Shown: one piece after another, positions 1 through 7,889 of the stretch | Numbering within the stretch: the stretch's first letter is position 1 | How the letters are laid out: each line of letters begins with the position of its first letter | Source of the DNA: Octopus sinensis | Taxonomy: Eukaryota | Assembly (NCBI RefSeq): GCF_006345805.1 | Contig: NW_021825888.1 | Span: forward strand, 1-14,002 | Direction: 5' to 3' | DNA: 14,002 bases | Notes under the pieces: model-generated | What the model was told of the DNA's origin: nothing | Database searches by the model: none | What the model saw: the letters and a program-made list of their open reading frames with translations, nothing else | Program-made: the position numbers and the translations under genes

Positions 1-420
1 TCTCCACTCCCTCATCTTCTTATACCCATCCCTCCATCATTCCTCTGACCATGGCAATATTCAGCTGCAATAATTTTATGAGAACAGAACAATATACTTT
101 CTGCCCACATTTGTGCTGCCCTGGGACCGCCGCTATCCCCTTGTCTCTCATTTCCCATTCTCCATATTATCCTGTCCCACTTTATTTTCCCACTGGTCAC
201 CCCCAGCTGTGTCACCAGTTATCTCCCCCTTTGCCCCCCTCAGCTACATCTCATTCATATCTCATTCCCAAAACCCTCTCCTACCAGCCCCTGACTGCCC
301 TCACCACTTCTTTTCATCACTCCCTTACATCTCTCAGATCACCATCCCTATCACTGCACCTCCCTCTCTTCACTCTCCCTCTCTTTCCACTCTCTCCCTC
401 TCCCTTCTCTCTATTTCTTC
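1..420. repeat. Pyrimidine-rich low-complexity tract
   Basis: Strong C/T bias on + strand ending in CT-rich run; ORFs here are S/P/L-rich with no family motif. Confidence 0.5.
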
Positions 421-425
421 CCTTT

Positions 426-432
426 ATATATC

Positions 433-493
<61 letters not shown>

Positions 494-494
494 C
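426..494. repeat. (TA)n microsatellite
   Basis: Direct reading. Confidence 0.95.
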
Positions 495-496
495 AC

Positions 497-611
497 CGTC
501 AACGTGACCGACCAGGCTATCAGATGATGCTACACATTGCTGATCACAACCTGCGCTTCACATTGTTTTAGCCTTCATATGATGCCCCCCCGCTGGCTAA
601 AGCGAGCAGGC

Positions 612-613
<2 letters not shown>
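497..613. mobile_element. Fragment of unclassified interspersed repeat (second copy at 12235-12305)
   Basis: gaccaggctatcagatgatgctacacattgctgatcacaac...ttgttttagc aligns by eye with gaccagaactgtcggatgttgttacatcattggtcacaat...ttgttttagc at ~12237-12295. Confidence 0.6.
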
Positions 614-646
<33 letters not shown>

Positions 647-758
647 TATATATATATACACACACACATATATATATACACAAACTATCACATATATTTT
701 ACATATTTATATATACACACATTTATTTATACGTATATATATATATATAATATATATA

Positions 759-1550
759 CAGAGGGGTTGGACAAAATAATAGAAACACATAGCATTATTG
801 AATCATAATTTTGAAATCTATAAAACTGTCAAAAGCTTGCTTATTTTTATGTTTTTTTATTTATTATTAGTGTTGCTTAATATGTTTTGCTAAAATTGCT
901 GTTTCTTTTCAGATATCATCAGAAAAAGATAATTAAAATTCATTAAATGACAGATCTATTGGACTTTCAAAGAGGTCAAATTGTTGGTGCTCGTATGGCA
1001 GGCACTAGCATAACGAAAACAGCCGAAATGTTTGGTATATCAAGATGTACTGTCTCAAAAGTAATGACAGCCTTTGAGAAAGAGGGAAAAATCCTCCTCG
1101 TCAAAACAAAACTCTGGAAGAAAACCAAATCTTTCAGATAGGGACCGTTGGACTCTTACATGAATTGTAAGAAAGGATCACAAAAGTACAGCTCCCAAAA
1201 TTACTGCAGAGCTTAATGACAACCTCGAGAACCCAGTTTCCACAAAAAACTGTTCACTGGGAGCTGCACAAAGCTGGATTTCACAGAAGGGCTGCAATCA
1301 GAAAACCACTACTTTCAAAAATAAATGTTGCAAAGCGTTTAAAGTGCAGTAAAAACCTACAGATTTGGTCCCTAGAGCAGTGGGAGAATGTTATTTTCTC
1401 GAACTAGTCATCCTTTACCTTTTTTCAGACCACCAGACGAGTATACGTGTGGAGACAGCCAAGAGAACCATTTGAACCAGACTGCCTTCTTCCAACTGTT
1501 AAACATGAAGGAGGATCTGTGATGATCTGGGGGAGGGGGCTATATCTTGG
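759..1550 (+). mobile_element. Tc1-family DNA transposon, 3'-truncated fossil (left TIR plus partial transposase)
   Basis: TA at 757-758 followed by TIR-like CAGAGGGGTTGGACAAAATAATAGAAACAC (759-788), then transposase homology from 947. No right TIR; sequence switches to a SINE fragment at 1551. Confidence 0.9.
947..1550 (+). pseudogene. Tc1 transposase pseudogene (HTH DNA-binding region and start of DDE domain)
   Basis: Joining frames gives MTDLLDFQRGQIVGARMAG...KEGK/SSSKQNSGRKPNLSDRDRWTLT*IVRKDHKSTAPKITAELNDNLENPVSTK/TVHWELHKAGFHRRAAIRKPLLS...WENVIFSN*SSF...VYVWRQPREPFEPDCLLPTVKHEGGSVMIWG/GAISW. These are typical Tc1 motifs (GRK, IRKPLL, FSDES, TVKHGGGSVMxWG) with frameshifts and stops. Confidence 0.92.
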
Positions 1551-1683
1551 ATGCTGGTGTGTTTATGTACCCATGTCTTAGTGGTTCGGCAAAAGACCCC
1601 CAATAGAATAAGTACTGGGCTTACAAAGAGTAAGTCCTTGTGTCGATTTGCTTGACTAATGGCAGTGCTCCAGCATGGCTGCA
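1551..1683 (+). mobile_element. SINE family A, 3' half fragment
   Basis: Aligns to 8600-8730 (atgctggtgtgtttatg...aataagtactgggcttacaaag...gtgctccagcatggc). Confidence 0.85.
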
Positions 1684-1787
1684 TCTCTAATTTAATATAA
1701 TATAATATAAATATTTATACTATAAAATTGGATTTAATCCTAAATCTCATTTTTCCCTGTAAGTTTGGATTTATTCCCTAATATTAT

Positions 1788-1789
<2 letters not shown>

Positions 1790-1818
<29 letters not shown>

Positions 1819-1869
1819 GTTTTGTACACCACCTGTCTTTGTCCTTTGGTTTTTTTCGCAAACTCTCCT

Positions 1870-1919
<50 letters not shown>

Positions 1920-1975
1920 TACATACATACATACATACATACATACATAGAGAGAGAGATAGAGAGATAGATATC
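1790..1975. repeat. Compound (TA)n/(GA)n/(TACA)n microsatellite with short unique island
   Basis: Direct reading. Confidence 0.85.
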
Positions 1976-2100
1976 AATGAATGCAAATGAAACAATTGTA
2001 AATTGTTGTAATAAAAAGGCATTCCATTCTTCTTATATACTCATACCATGCATATATATATATATTATATATATATATATATTATATATATATATATATA

Positions 2101-2410
2101 ACATAAGGGACGTTAGCCATCCGAATGTGGCTAGGGACAGGGCAGGGCGGGTGGGGTGTTACTGATGCATTTAGCCCCAGGCGATCATCAACGTCACCAG
2201 AAGGGCTGACGCCAATCACGGTGTCCTCTAGCCTGCAAAGGGAGATCATTCCCCAAGAAGCGGATGATCTCCTTTGCAGGCTAGAGGACGCCGTGATGGC
2301 ATCAGCCCTTCTGGTGACGTTGATGATCGCCTGGGGCTAAATGCATCAGTAACACCCCCACCGCCCTGCCCTGTCCCTAGCCACATTCGGATGGCTAAAG
2401 TCCTTTATGT
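2101..2410. mobile_element. GC-rich fold-back (MITE-like) element, TA-flanked
   Basis: 2101-2249 is the reverse complement of 2264-2410 with about 8 differences by eye; TA at 2099-2100 and 2411-2412. Confidence 0.8.
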
Positions 2411-2769
2411 TATGGAGCAGTTTACTGTCTATATCTCGTTTAGAGAATTATTATTGCTATATATATATATATATATATATATCTATATATATATATATGC
2501 TGTGCTTTAGAAGACATGTCTAGCCAACAAGTGAAATCATAGTCGTGTCTGATACTGGTGTCATGTAGCAGGCAGCCATGCCCGTTTGAGTGCTGGGCCT
2601 CATGGAAGTCACGTGACCAATGCCAGTGTCACCTAAAAACATCCATACGGAGCTGACATAAGACTTCAGTAGAGACATGTAGAGAAACTCCATCAAAAAC
2701 TAAGAACACCCCACATGTTATTTCCATCTCTTCAGTGTTCTGTAGTGATCGGTAGATAAAATTAGGGTC

Positions 2770-2826
2770 CATCAGAGAGTTTAAAAGAGGGTCTAAACTT
2801 CATCAGAGAGTTTAAAAGAGGGTCTA
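2770..2826 (+). repeat. 26-bp direct duplication (period 31)
   Basis: catcagagagtttaaaagagggtcta at 2770-2795 and 2801-2826. Confidence 0.9.
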
Positions 2827-2902
2827 TGAGGTTCAGAGGGCTAATGTATGTATATATAAAATTACATATACACACTCATATATACATATATATATATATA
2901 TG

Positions 2903-3054
2903 ACAGGCTTCTTACAGTTTCCATCTAGCAAATCCACACACAAGGCCCGAGGTTATAGTAGAAGACACTTGTCCAAAGTGCCACGCAGTGGGACTGAACC
3001 TGGAACCATGTGGTTGGGAAGCAAGCTTCTTACCACACAGCCATTCCTGCGTCT
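2903..3054 (-). mobile_element. SINE family A, 5' half (tRNA-like head)
   Basis: Reverse complement has A-box-like TGGCTGTGTGG and B-box-like GGTTCAGTCCC; aligns to 6088-6250 and 8352-8510. Confidence 0.9.
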
Positions 3055-3067
3055 ATATATATATATC

Positions 3068-3297
3068 CATATTTTCTTGTTTTGCAGGTTACTTGTCAAC
3101 CTCAAGACATTTATACGGCATCCAGGACATTCTGTGAAGTGGTGGCCACTAAGAAGGACGTCAAGACATAGCAGCAATGCCAAAGGTGACACTGGTGCTT
3201 GTTGCGGCCCCCGCGACTCACTGCATCCTGCCAAACCACCCAACTCAGATCAGCATGGGAGACAGGCACGAAATGATGTTGAGGAAGATAATAAAGA
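3068..3297 (+). mobile_element. Old, diverged copy of (GAT)n-tailed retroposon
   Basis: gtggtggccactaagaaggacgtcaagacatag resembles gtggttggcgctaggaagggcatccagctgtag (12720-12752); ends ...cagcatggga...aatgatgttgagg. Confidence 0.5.
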
Positions 3298-3370
3298 AGA
3301 ATATGTGTGTGTGTGTTTGGGTGTCTGTATGTGTGTGCTTGTGTGTGTGTGTGTGTGTTTGTGTGTGTGT

Positions 3371-3477
3371 CTTTTATCTTTTATCTTTAACTTTTTAATT
3401 GTTTCAATCATTAGACTGTGGCCATGCTGGAGTACCACCTTGAAGAAACTTTAGCCCAATGAATCAAACCCAGTACT

Positions 3478-3482
<5 letters not shown>
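3371..3482 (-). mobile_element. SINE family A, 3' fragment
   Basis: gtttcaatcattagactgtggccatgctggag is the reverse complement of the family A 3' end (8716-8750). Confidence 0.75.
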
Positions 3483-3503
<21 letters not shown>

Positions 3504-3508
<5 letters not shown>

Positions 3509-3605
3509 AAGGGCATCCAGCCGTAGAAACACTGCCACATCTGACTGGGCCTGGTGCAACCCATGCTAGCAGGGAAAACAAACATTAAACGATGATGATG
3601 ATGAT
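3504..3605 (+). mobile_element. (GAT)n-tailed retroposon 3' end with internal deletion
   Basis: aggaagggcatccagccgtagaaacactgcca...ctgggcctggtgca|acccatgctagc...ttaaacgatgatgatgatgat, compared with 12733-12867. Confidence 0.85.
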
Positions 3606-3632
3606 ATAAGTACTGGGTTTGATTCATTTGAC

Positions 3633-3700
3633 TATATATATATGTATGTATGTATGTATATATATATACACATACAATATATATATATATATGTATATAC

Positions 3701-3755
<55 letters not shown>

Positions 3756-3775
3756 TATGTGTGTTGTGTATATAT

Positions 3776-3851
<76 letters not shown>

Positions 3852-3865
3852 CATGTATATATATA

Positions 3866-3912
<47 letters not shown>

Positions 3913-3916
3913 TATA

Positions 3917-3953
<37 letters not shown>
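3633..3953. repeat. Long (TA)n-dominated microsatellite
   Basis: Direct reading. Confidence 0.95.
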
Positions 3954-3956
<3 letters not shown>

Positions 3957-4100
3957 TAGGTGAATGAATTATCCTATGTTTATCGTCAGCATGGAAAATT
4001 CGTTTAACCGAAACCTGGGTAGCAAATTCACGTCAGAAAACACGGTTGAAGCTTTGTTTACCATGTAGGCAATCATCGAAATTTTTTTTGTCTTTTGTCG

Positions 4101-4205
4101 AGATGTTTCCTGATGAGAAGATTGCATAATGCACCCTTTATTCTTCGGAATGAAGTATGCTATCTTCGAAACATGTGTCGAGTAAAGGAATTTTGTTAAC
4201 ATCTT
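4101..4205 (+). ncRNA. Putative type I hammerhead ribozyme with intact core and extended helix II
   Basis: CUGAUGA 4110-4116; helix II GAAGAU/AUCUUC (4117-4122/4162-4167); GAAA 4168-4171; helix III AC-AUGU-GU; GUC triplet 4177-4179. Helix I is weak near the core (UC/GA) with a distal AGAUGUU/AACAUCU helix. Confidence 0.72.
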
Positions 4206-4234
4206 CGTTCAACTCACTCCATTCTTCTCTTTAT

Positions 4235-4242
<8 letters not shown>

Positions 4243-4277
<35 letters not shown>

Positions 4278-4410
4278 CTTTATTTAAAGCTGCAGAAACA
4301 GCATATTAAATAAAGCATATTACTCTACCACTGGTATGTGATATATATATATATATACATATAATATATATTACACCACATGTATATATATATATGTGTG
4401 TGTATATATA

Positions 4411-4457
<47 letters not shown>

Positions 4458-4510
4458 ATATATATACATATATAAGTTTATATATACACACCATATATAT
4501 ATATATGTAT
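4243..4510. repeat. (TA)n-rich compound microsatellite with short unique island
   Basis: Direct reading. Confidence 0.85.
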
Positions 4511-4685
4511 GTATATATACATGCAGACATAGAGACTGAGACAGAGGGGGGAGGGGGCTGACAAAGGTCCTTGTCACAAATGGTGAGACATTGTGCTGGA
4601 ACAGACTGGTTGAAGAATTTGCTAGCATGAAAAAAACACATGTAAAGGGATTGATGATGATGGTGATGGTGATGATGATGATATG

Positions 4686-4930
4686 TATGCGTATTGTGTG
4701 TGTGCGTGTGTGTGTGTATTGTGTGGTGTGTGTGTGTGTGTGTGTATGCGTGTGTGTGTGTGTGTAACTTAGACAACTGAGATCCCCACCACCCCCACCA
4801 CCGCCAACACCACCACCGCCGCCACTACCACCACCAACATCACTGCCGCCATCACCACCACCACCACCGCCACCACTACCACCACCAACATCACTGCCGC
4901 CATCACCACCACCACCACCACCACCAACAC
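4686..4930. repeat. (GT)n followed by degenerate (CAC)n containing a 47-nt exact duplication
   Basis: ccactaccaccaccaacatcactgccgccatcaccaccaccaccacc at 4822 and 4873 (period 51). Confidence 0.85.
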
Positions 4931-5039
4931 GCCCTAGTGTCAGACTTCATCTCACAGTAAACCAAATGTTTTTATTTCCTGTATGATTCATACCAACAGA
5001 GACCATCACTGGTTTACCAACTCTACACCATAGCAGACC

Positions 5040-5238
5040 ACACACACACACACACACACGCATGGAGAGATAGAGATATAACTATATAGATAATGTGTGT
5101 GCGTGAGTGTGTGTGTGTGTGTCCATACACATGTTCATATATAGATTGGTATATACGTATAAGTACATCTACATTATACATATGTATATATGTGTTTGTG
5201 TGTATATATATATATGTGTGTGTGTATGTATCTATATG

Positions 5239-5290
<52 letters not shown>

Positions 5291-5599
5291 TAGATAGATA
5301 GATAGGTAGATATACATACATATACATATGCATATATATATATATATATGTATTATATATATACATACATGCATATATATATATATATGCACATACACAC
5401 ACACATGATACATATATATATATACATTACTATCCTTTTGTGTCTATCTTCTATGCTTACATACTTTACATACACATGCATCGACTTATGTACACATACA
5501 TACATTTATATACATCACCATCATCATCATCATCATCACCATCATCATCATCACCATCATCATAATCATTATCATCATCACCATCATCATCACCATCAT
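5040..5599. repeat. Compound (CA)n/(TG)n/(TA)n/(GATA)n array ending in (CAT)n
   Basis: Direct reading; (CAT)n at ~5515-5599 explains the poly-His ORF. Confidence 0.9.
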
Positions 5600-5825
5600 C
5601 CTTCTCATGATTTAACCACCCTCTTACATGCTGCTGCTGCCACTTGGGTTGTTCAACAGGATCCAACGAACTCAATTGGGGGTTTGGGGGAATCCCTTAT
5701 TCATTCTGGAGTCTACTTTGGCCAGGCCACCACCGCCACAGAATGCTCTTCCAAACGCCAAGCCCTTTCCATAGAGTGCTGGATGATACTTGCTCTACAG
5801 CTGGTTGCCATGTAAGTTGCAGGAC
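5515..5825 (-). mobile_element. Old (GAT)n-tailed retroposon copy on minus strand
   Basis: (CAT)n is the reverse-complement tail; gaatgctcttccaaacgccaagcc resembles the reverse complement of ggttggcgctaggaagggcatcc. Confidence 0.5.
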
Positions 5826-5947
5826 ATGAGAACTGACCCCCTCAGCTGAGTAGGAGAAAAATAGAGAGGAAACTGGATCTGTGTCAAATGTTGAGATGTT
5901 AAGGTCTGAAAGAAGGGACAGGACCCAGTCTTTTGTTGTAGGTGATA

Positions 5948-6087
5948 TATGAAGAGGTGCTGAAAAGTTCCTGGTTTTAAGGGTATCATGGAAGGCCTGG
6001 AAGGAGGCCCAAACTTCTGATTTCTTTTACAGGGCTTAGAAAGGCCTGAAGGACTGCAGCAGTAAGTGTGTGAGCCTCCTGTATTTA
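5948..6087 (+). mobile_element. Mariner-derived non-autonomous fragment (TIR-like start plus transposase C-terminal remnant)
   Basis: TA-TGAAGAGGTGCTGAAAAGTTCCTGG resembles mariner TIRs; QGLER/LKDCSSKCVSL resembles the mariner C-terminus (GIxKLxxRWxKCV). Identification from recall. Confidence 0.45.
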
Positions 6088-6256
6088 GGTGCAGGCGTGG
6101 CTGTGTGGTAAGAAGCTTGCTTCACAACCTCATGGTTTCCGGGTTCAGTCCCTTACTGTGGTACCTTGGGCAAGTGCCTTCTACTATAGCCTTGAGTCAA
6201 GCAAAGCCCTGTGATTGAATTTCATAGATAGAAAGTGGAAGAAGCCTGTTCTATAC

Positions 6257-6298
<42 letters not shown>

Positions 6299-6505
6299 TG
6301 TTTCCCTCCCACCACCACCACCGCTTGAAAACTGCTGTTGGTTTGTTTACGTCCCTGTAACTAAGCAGTTTGGCAAAAGAGACTGATATAATAACTACCA
6401 GACTTTAAAACAAACAAGGTAAGTACTGGGTGGGGTTTGATTCTTCAAAGTGGTGCCCCAGCATGGCCGCAGTTCAATAACTGAAACAAGTAACAGATGA
6501 AAGAT
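6088..6505 (+). mobile_element. SINE family A, near full length with internal (TG)n
   Basis: tRNA-like head GGTGCAGGCGTGGCTGTGTGG...GGTTCAGTCCC, core ccttgggcaagtg, central (TG)n, 3' ccagcatggccgcag...ctgaaacaagtaa. Confidence 0.9.
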
Positions 6506-6949
6506 ATATGATATCTCTGAATTATACAGGTGTGGGTGGGAGTAATCAGGGTAGAGGTGGATTGAGAAATGAAGATAGTGATGACGAGGTATCAGAGGGG
6601 TCCTCAAGGTACAAAAAGGGGAATTGAAGAGAGAAGGGTCTGAAGATTGGGAAGGGAAGGGTAGATGGTAGAATTTGGAAGTGTATATGAAAATAATGAG
6701 GAGTGGTTAATGAGTAAGTGAGATAAATATAGTGGATGGCGAATGAAGGTGGAGGGGTTGCCAATAATAAATATGATGGAAGTTAGGGGAGAAGAGGTGA
6801 TGACTGCCAGTACAGAAATGGTGAAGAGCAGCAGAATGATATTAATTGCAGCAATTGTATAAGTGGTACAGAGGGAATAGAGGTGGGTGGCTTCAAAAAT
6901 GTGATGGATGTGATGAAATTGTAGTTGTGGCAGATGCTGGAGCCATGCA

Positions 6950-7148
6950 ACTAGCACATAAAAACACCCATTACATTCTCGGAGTGGTTGGCATGTTAGG
7001 AAGGGCATTCAACTGTAAAAGCTATGCCGAATCAAACTGGAGTCTGGTGTAGTCCTCAGCTTACCAGCCCTGGTCAAACCATCCAACCCATACCGGCATG
7101 GACAATGAATGCTAAATGAGGATGATGATGATGATGATGATGATGATG
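6950..7148 (+). mobile_element. (GAT)n-tailed retroposon 3' part
   Basis: ctcggagtggttggcatgttaggaagggcattcaactgtaaaa...gtcaaaccatccaaccca...(GAT)n. Confidence 0.85.
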
Positions 7149-7185
7149 CTTGATTTTGAAATTCATATCTCTAGCAGTCAAGTAT

Positions 7186-7232
7186 CCATCACTGATGACA
7201 TCAAAGGAGATTGAAATCATGTGATCTGGTGG
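7186..7232 (+). ncRNA. Putative type I hammerhead ribozyme, decayed at 10.1/11.1
   Basis: Helix I CCAUCA/UGGUGG (6 bp including one G-U); CUGAUGA 7192-7198; helix II AUC-aaagga-GAU with C/U mismatch at its base; GAAA 7213-7216; helix III AUC-AUGU-GAU; C17 at 7226. Confidence 0.6.
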
Positions 7233-7409
7233 TCTGGGCACAGGAGTTGGTGGTTATCTGTCCTCTGGCTCTATAAACAAACAAGCATGCTTTCTGCACC
7301 AAAGCCAATATGAGAGTTTCTCTCATAATACAATTCTGTATTTCAGAGATGAGGAATTATGTACATTATTTACAATTGATAGATATTTGTCCTCATCTTG
7401 TTTATTGTT

Positions 7410-7452
7410 AACACGTTTCGGCTGATATACCCTCCAGCCTTCATCAGGTGTC
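7410..7452 (-). ncRNA. Hammerhead motif (minus arm), helix III partly deleted
   Basis: Reverse complement GACAC-CUGAUGA-A-GGCUG-gaggguauau-CAGCC-GAAA-C-GUGUU; 3 nt shorter than the plus-arm copy, so it lacks the NUH site. Confidence 0.5.
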
Positions 7453-7550
7453 TTGGGGAAATTTCGAACCTGGATTCTCATTCCTAAGGTATTTTTTGAT
7501 GTTGTTATTATTGTTGCTGTTGTTGTTATTATTCAGGTCACTACGCCTGT

Positions 7551-7620
7551 GGGCATATGGCATAGTGGTTAACAGCACAGGCTACAAACCCCAAGATTCC
7601 GAGTTCGATTCCAAGCAGTG
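7551..7620 (+). promoter_or_regulatory. tRNA-derived Pol III internal promoter (A and B box-like)
   Basis: TGGCATAGTGG (7558-7568) and GAGTTCGATTCC (7601-7612). Confidence 0.7.
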
Positions 7621-7625
7621 ACCTA

Positions 7626-7657
<32 letters not shown>

Positions 7658-7709
7658 CAACATTGAAAAATACCTTAGGAGTGAGAACCCTGGTTCACAA
7701 TTTCCCCAA

Positions 7710-7755
7710 GACACCTGATGAAGGCTGGAGGGTATATCAGCCGAAACATTGTGTT
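7710..7755 (+). ncRNA. Hammerhead motif (plus arm), minimal type I
   Basis: GACAC(7710-14)-CUGAUGA(7715-21)-A-GGCUG/CAGCC helix II-GAAA(7743-46)-CAUU-GUGUU(7751-55). If CA derives from CG, helix III would be the palindrome AACGUU. Confidence 0.55.
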
Positions 7756-7773
7756 AACAACAAACAAGATGAG

Positions 7774-7889
7774 ATCAGATTTGAGCCTGGTGCAGCCTTC
7801 TGGCTCACCAGTCCTCAGTTAAACTGTCCAACCCATGCCAGCATGGAAAGCAAACATTAAACGACGATGACATTGATGATGATGATGAT
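7774..7889 (+). mobile_element. (GAT)n-tailed retroposon 3' end, abutting the palindrome's right arm
   Basis: gagcctggtgcagccttctggc...tccaacccatgccagcatggaaag...ttaaacgacgatga...gatgatgat. Confidence 0.85.

Larger units (their letters stand above)
7392..7773. mobile_element. Palindromic element: ~150-bp inverted arms around a tRNA-like head, each arm carrying a hammerhead motif
   Basis: 7392-7542 is the reverse complement of 7617-7773 apart from scattered substitutions and microsatellite length. Confidence 0.85.

Noticed and set aside
895-921. Minus-strand CUGAUGA-UAUCU-GAAA in the Tc1 5' region
   Set aside because: No helix II or helix III pairing.
2703-2741. Minus-strand CUGAAGA...GAAA flanked by a 7-bp inverted repeat
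   Set aside because: Only 4 nt for helix II and no U16.1/NUH; not a viable hammerhead.
2770-2806. Minus-strand CUGAUGA followed by a 5-bp stem
   Set aside because: No GAAA after the stem.
2900-3454. 184-aa ORF and splice-acceptor-like ttttcttgttttgcag at ~3073-3088
   Set aside because: Spans three unrelated repeat fragments; the acceptor lies within a decayed retroposon copy.
3451-3906. Many YI/IY-repeat ORFs here and elsewhere
   Set aside because: Stop-free translations of (TA)n/(TG)n microsatellites.
5348-5815. 155-aa ORF with poly-His
   Set aside because: Read-through of (TA)n/(CAT)n plus the antisense strand of a retroposon tail; no domain.
6604-7008. 134-aa minus-strand ORF
   Set aside because: Low-complexity skewed sequence overlapping a retroposon; no motif.
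7551-7620. Possible tRNA gene
   Set aside because: A/B boxes are present but there is no convincing acceptor stem; embedded in a repeat, so treated as a SINE-type head.
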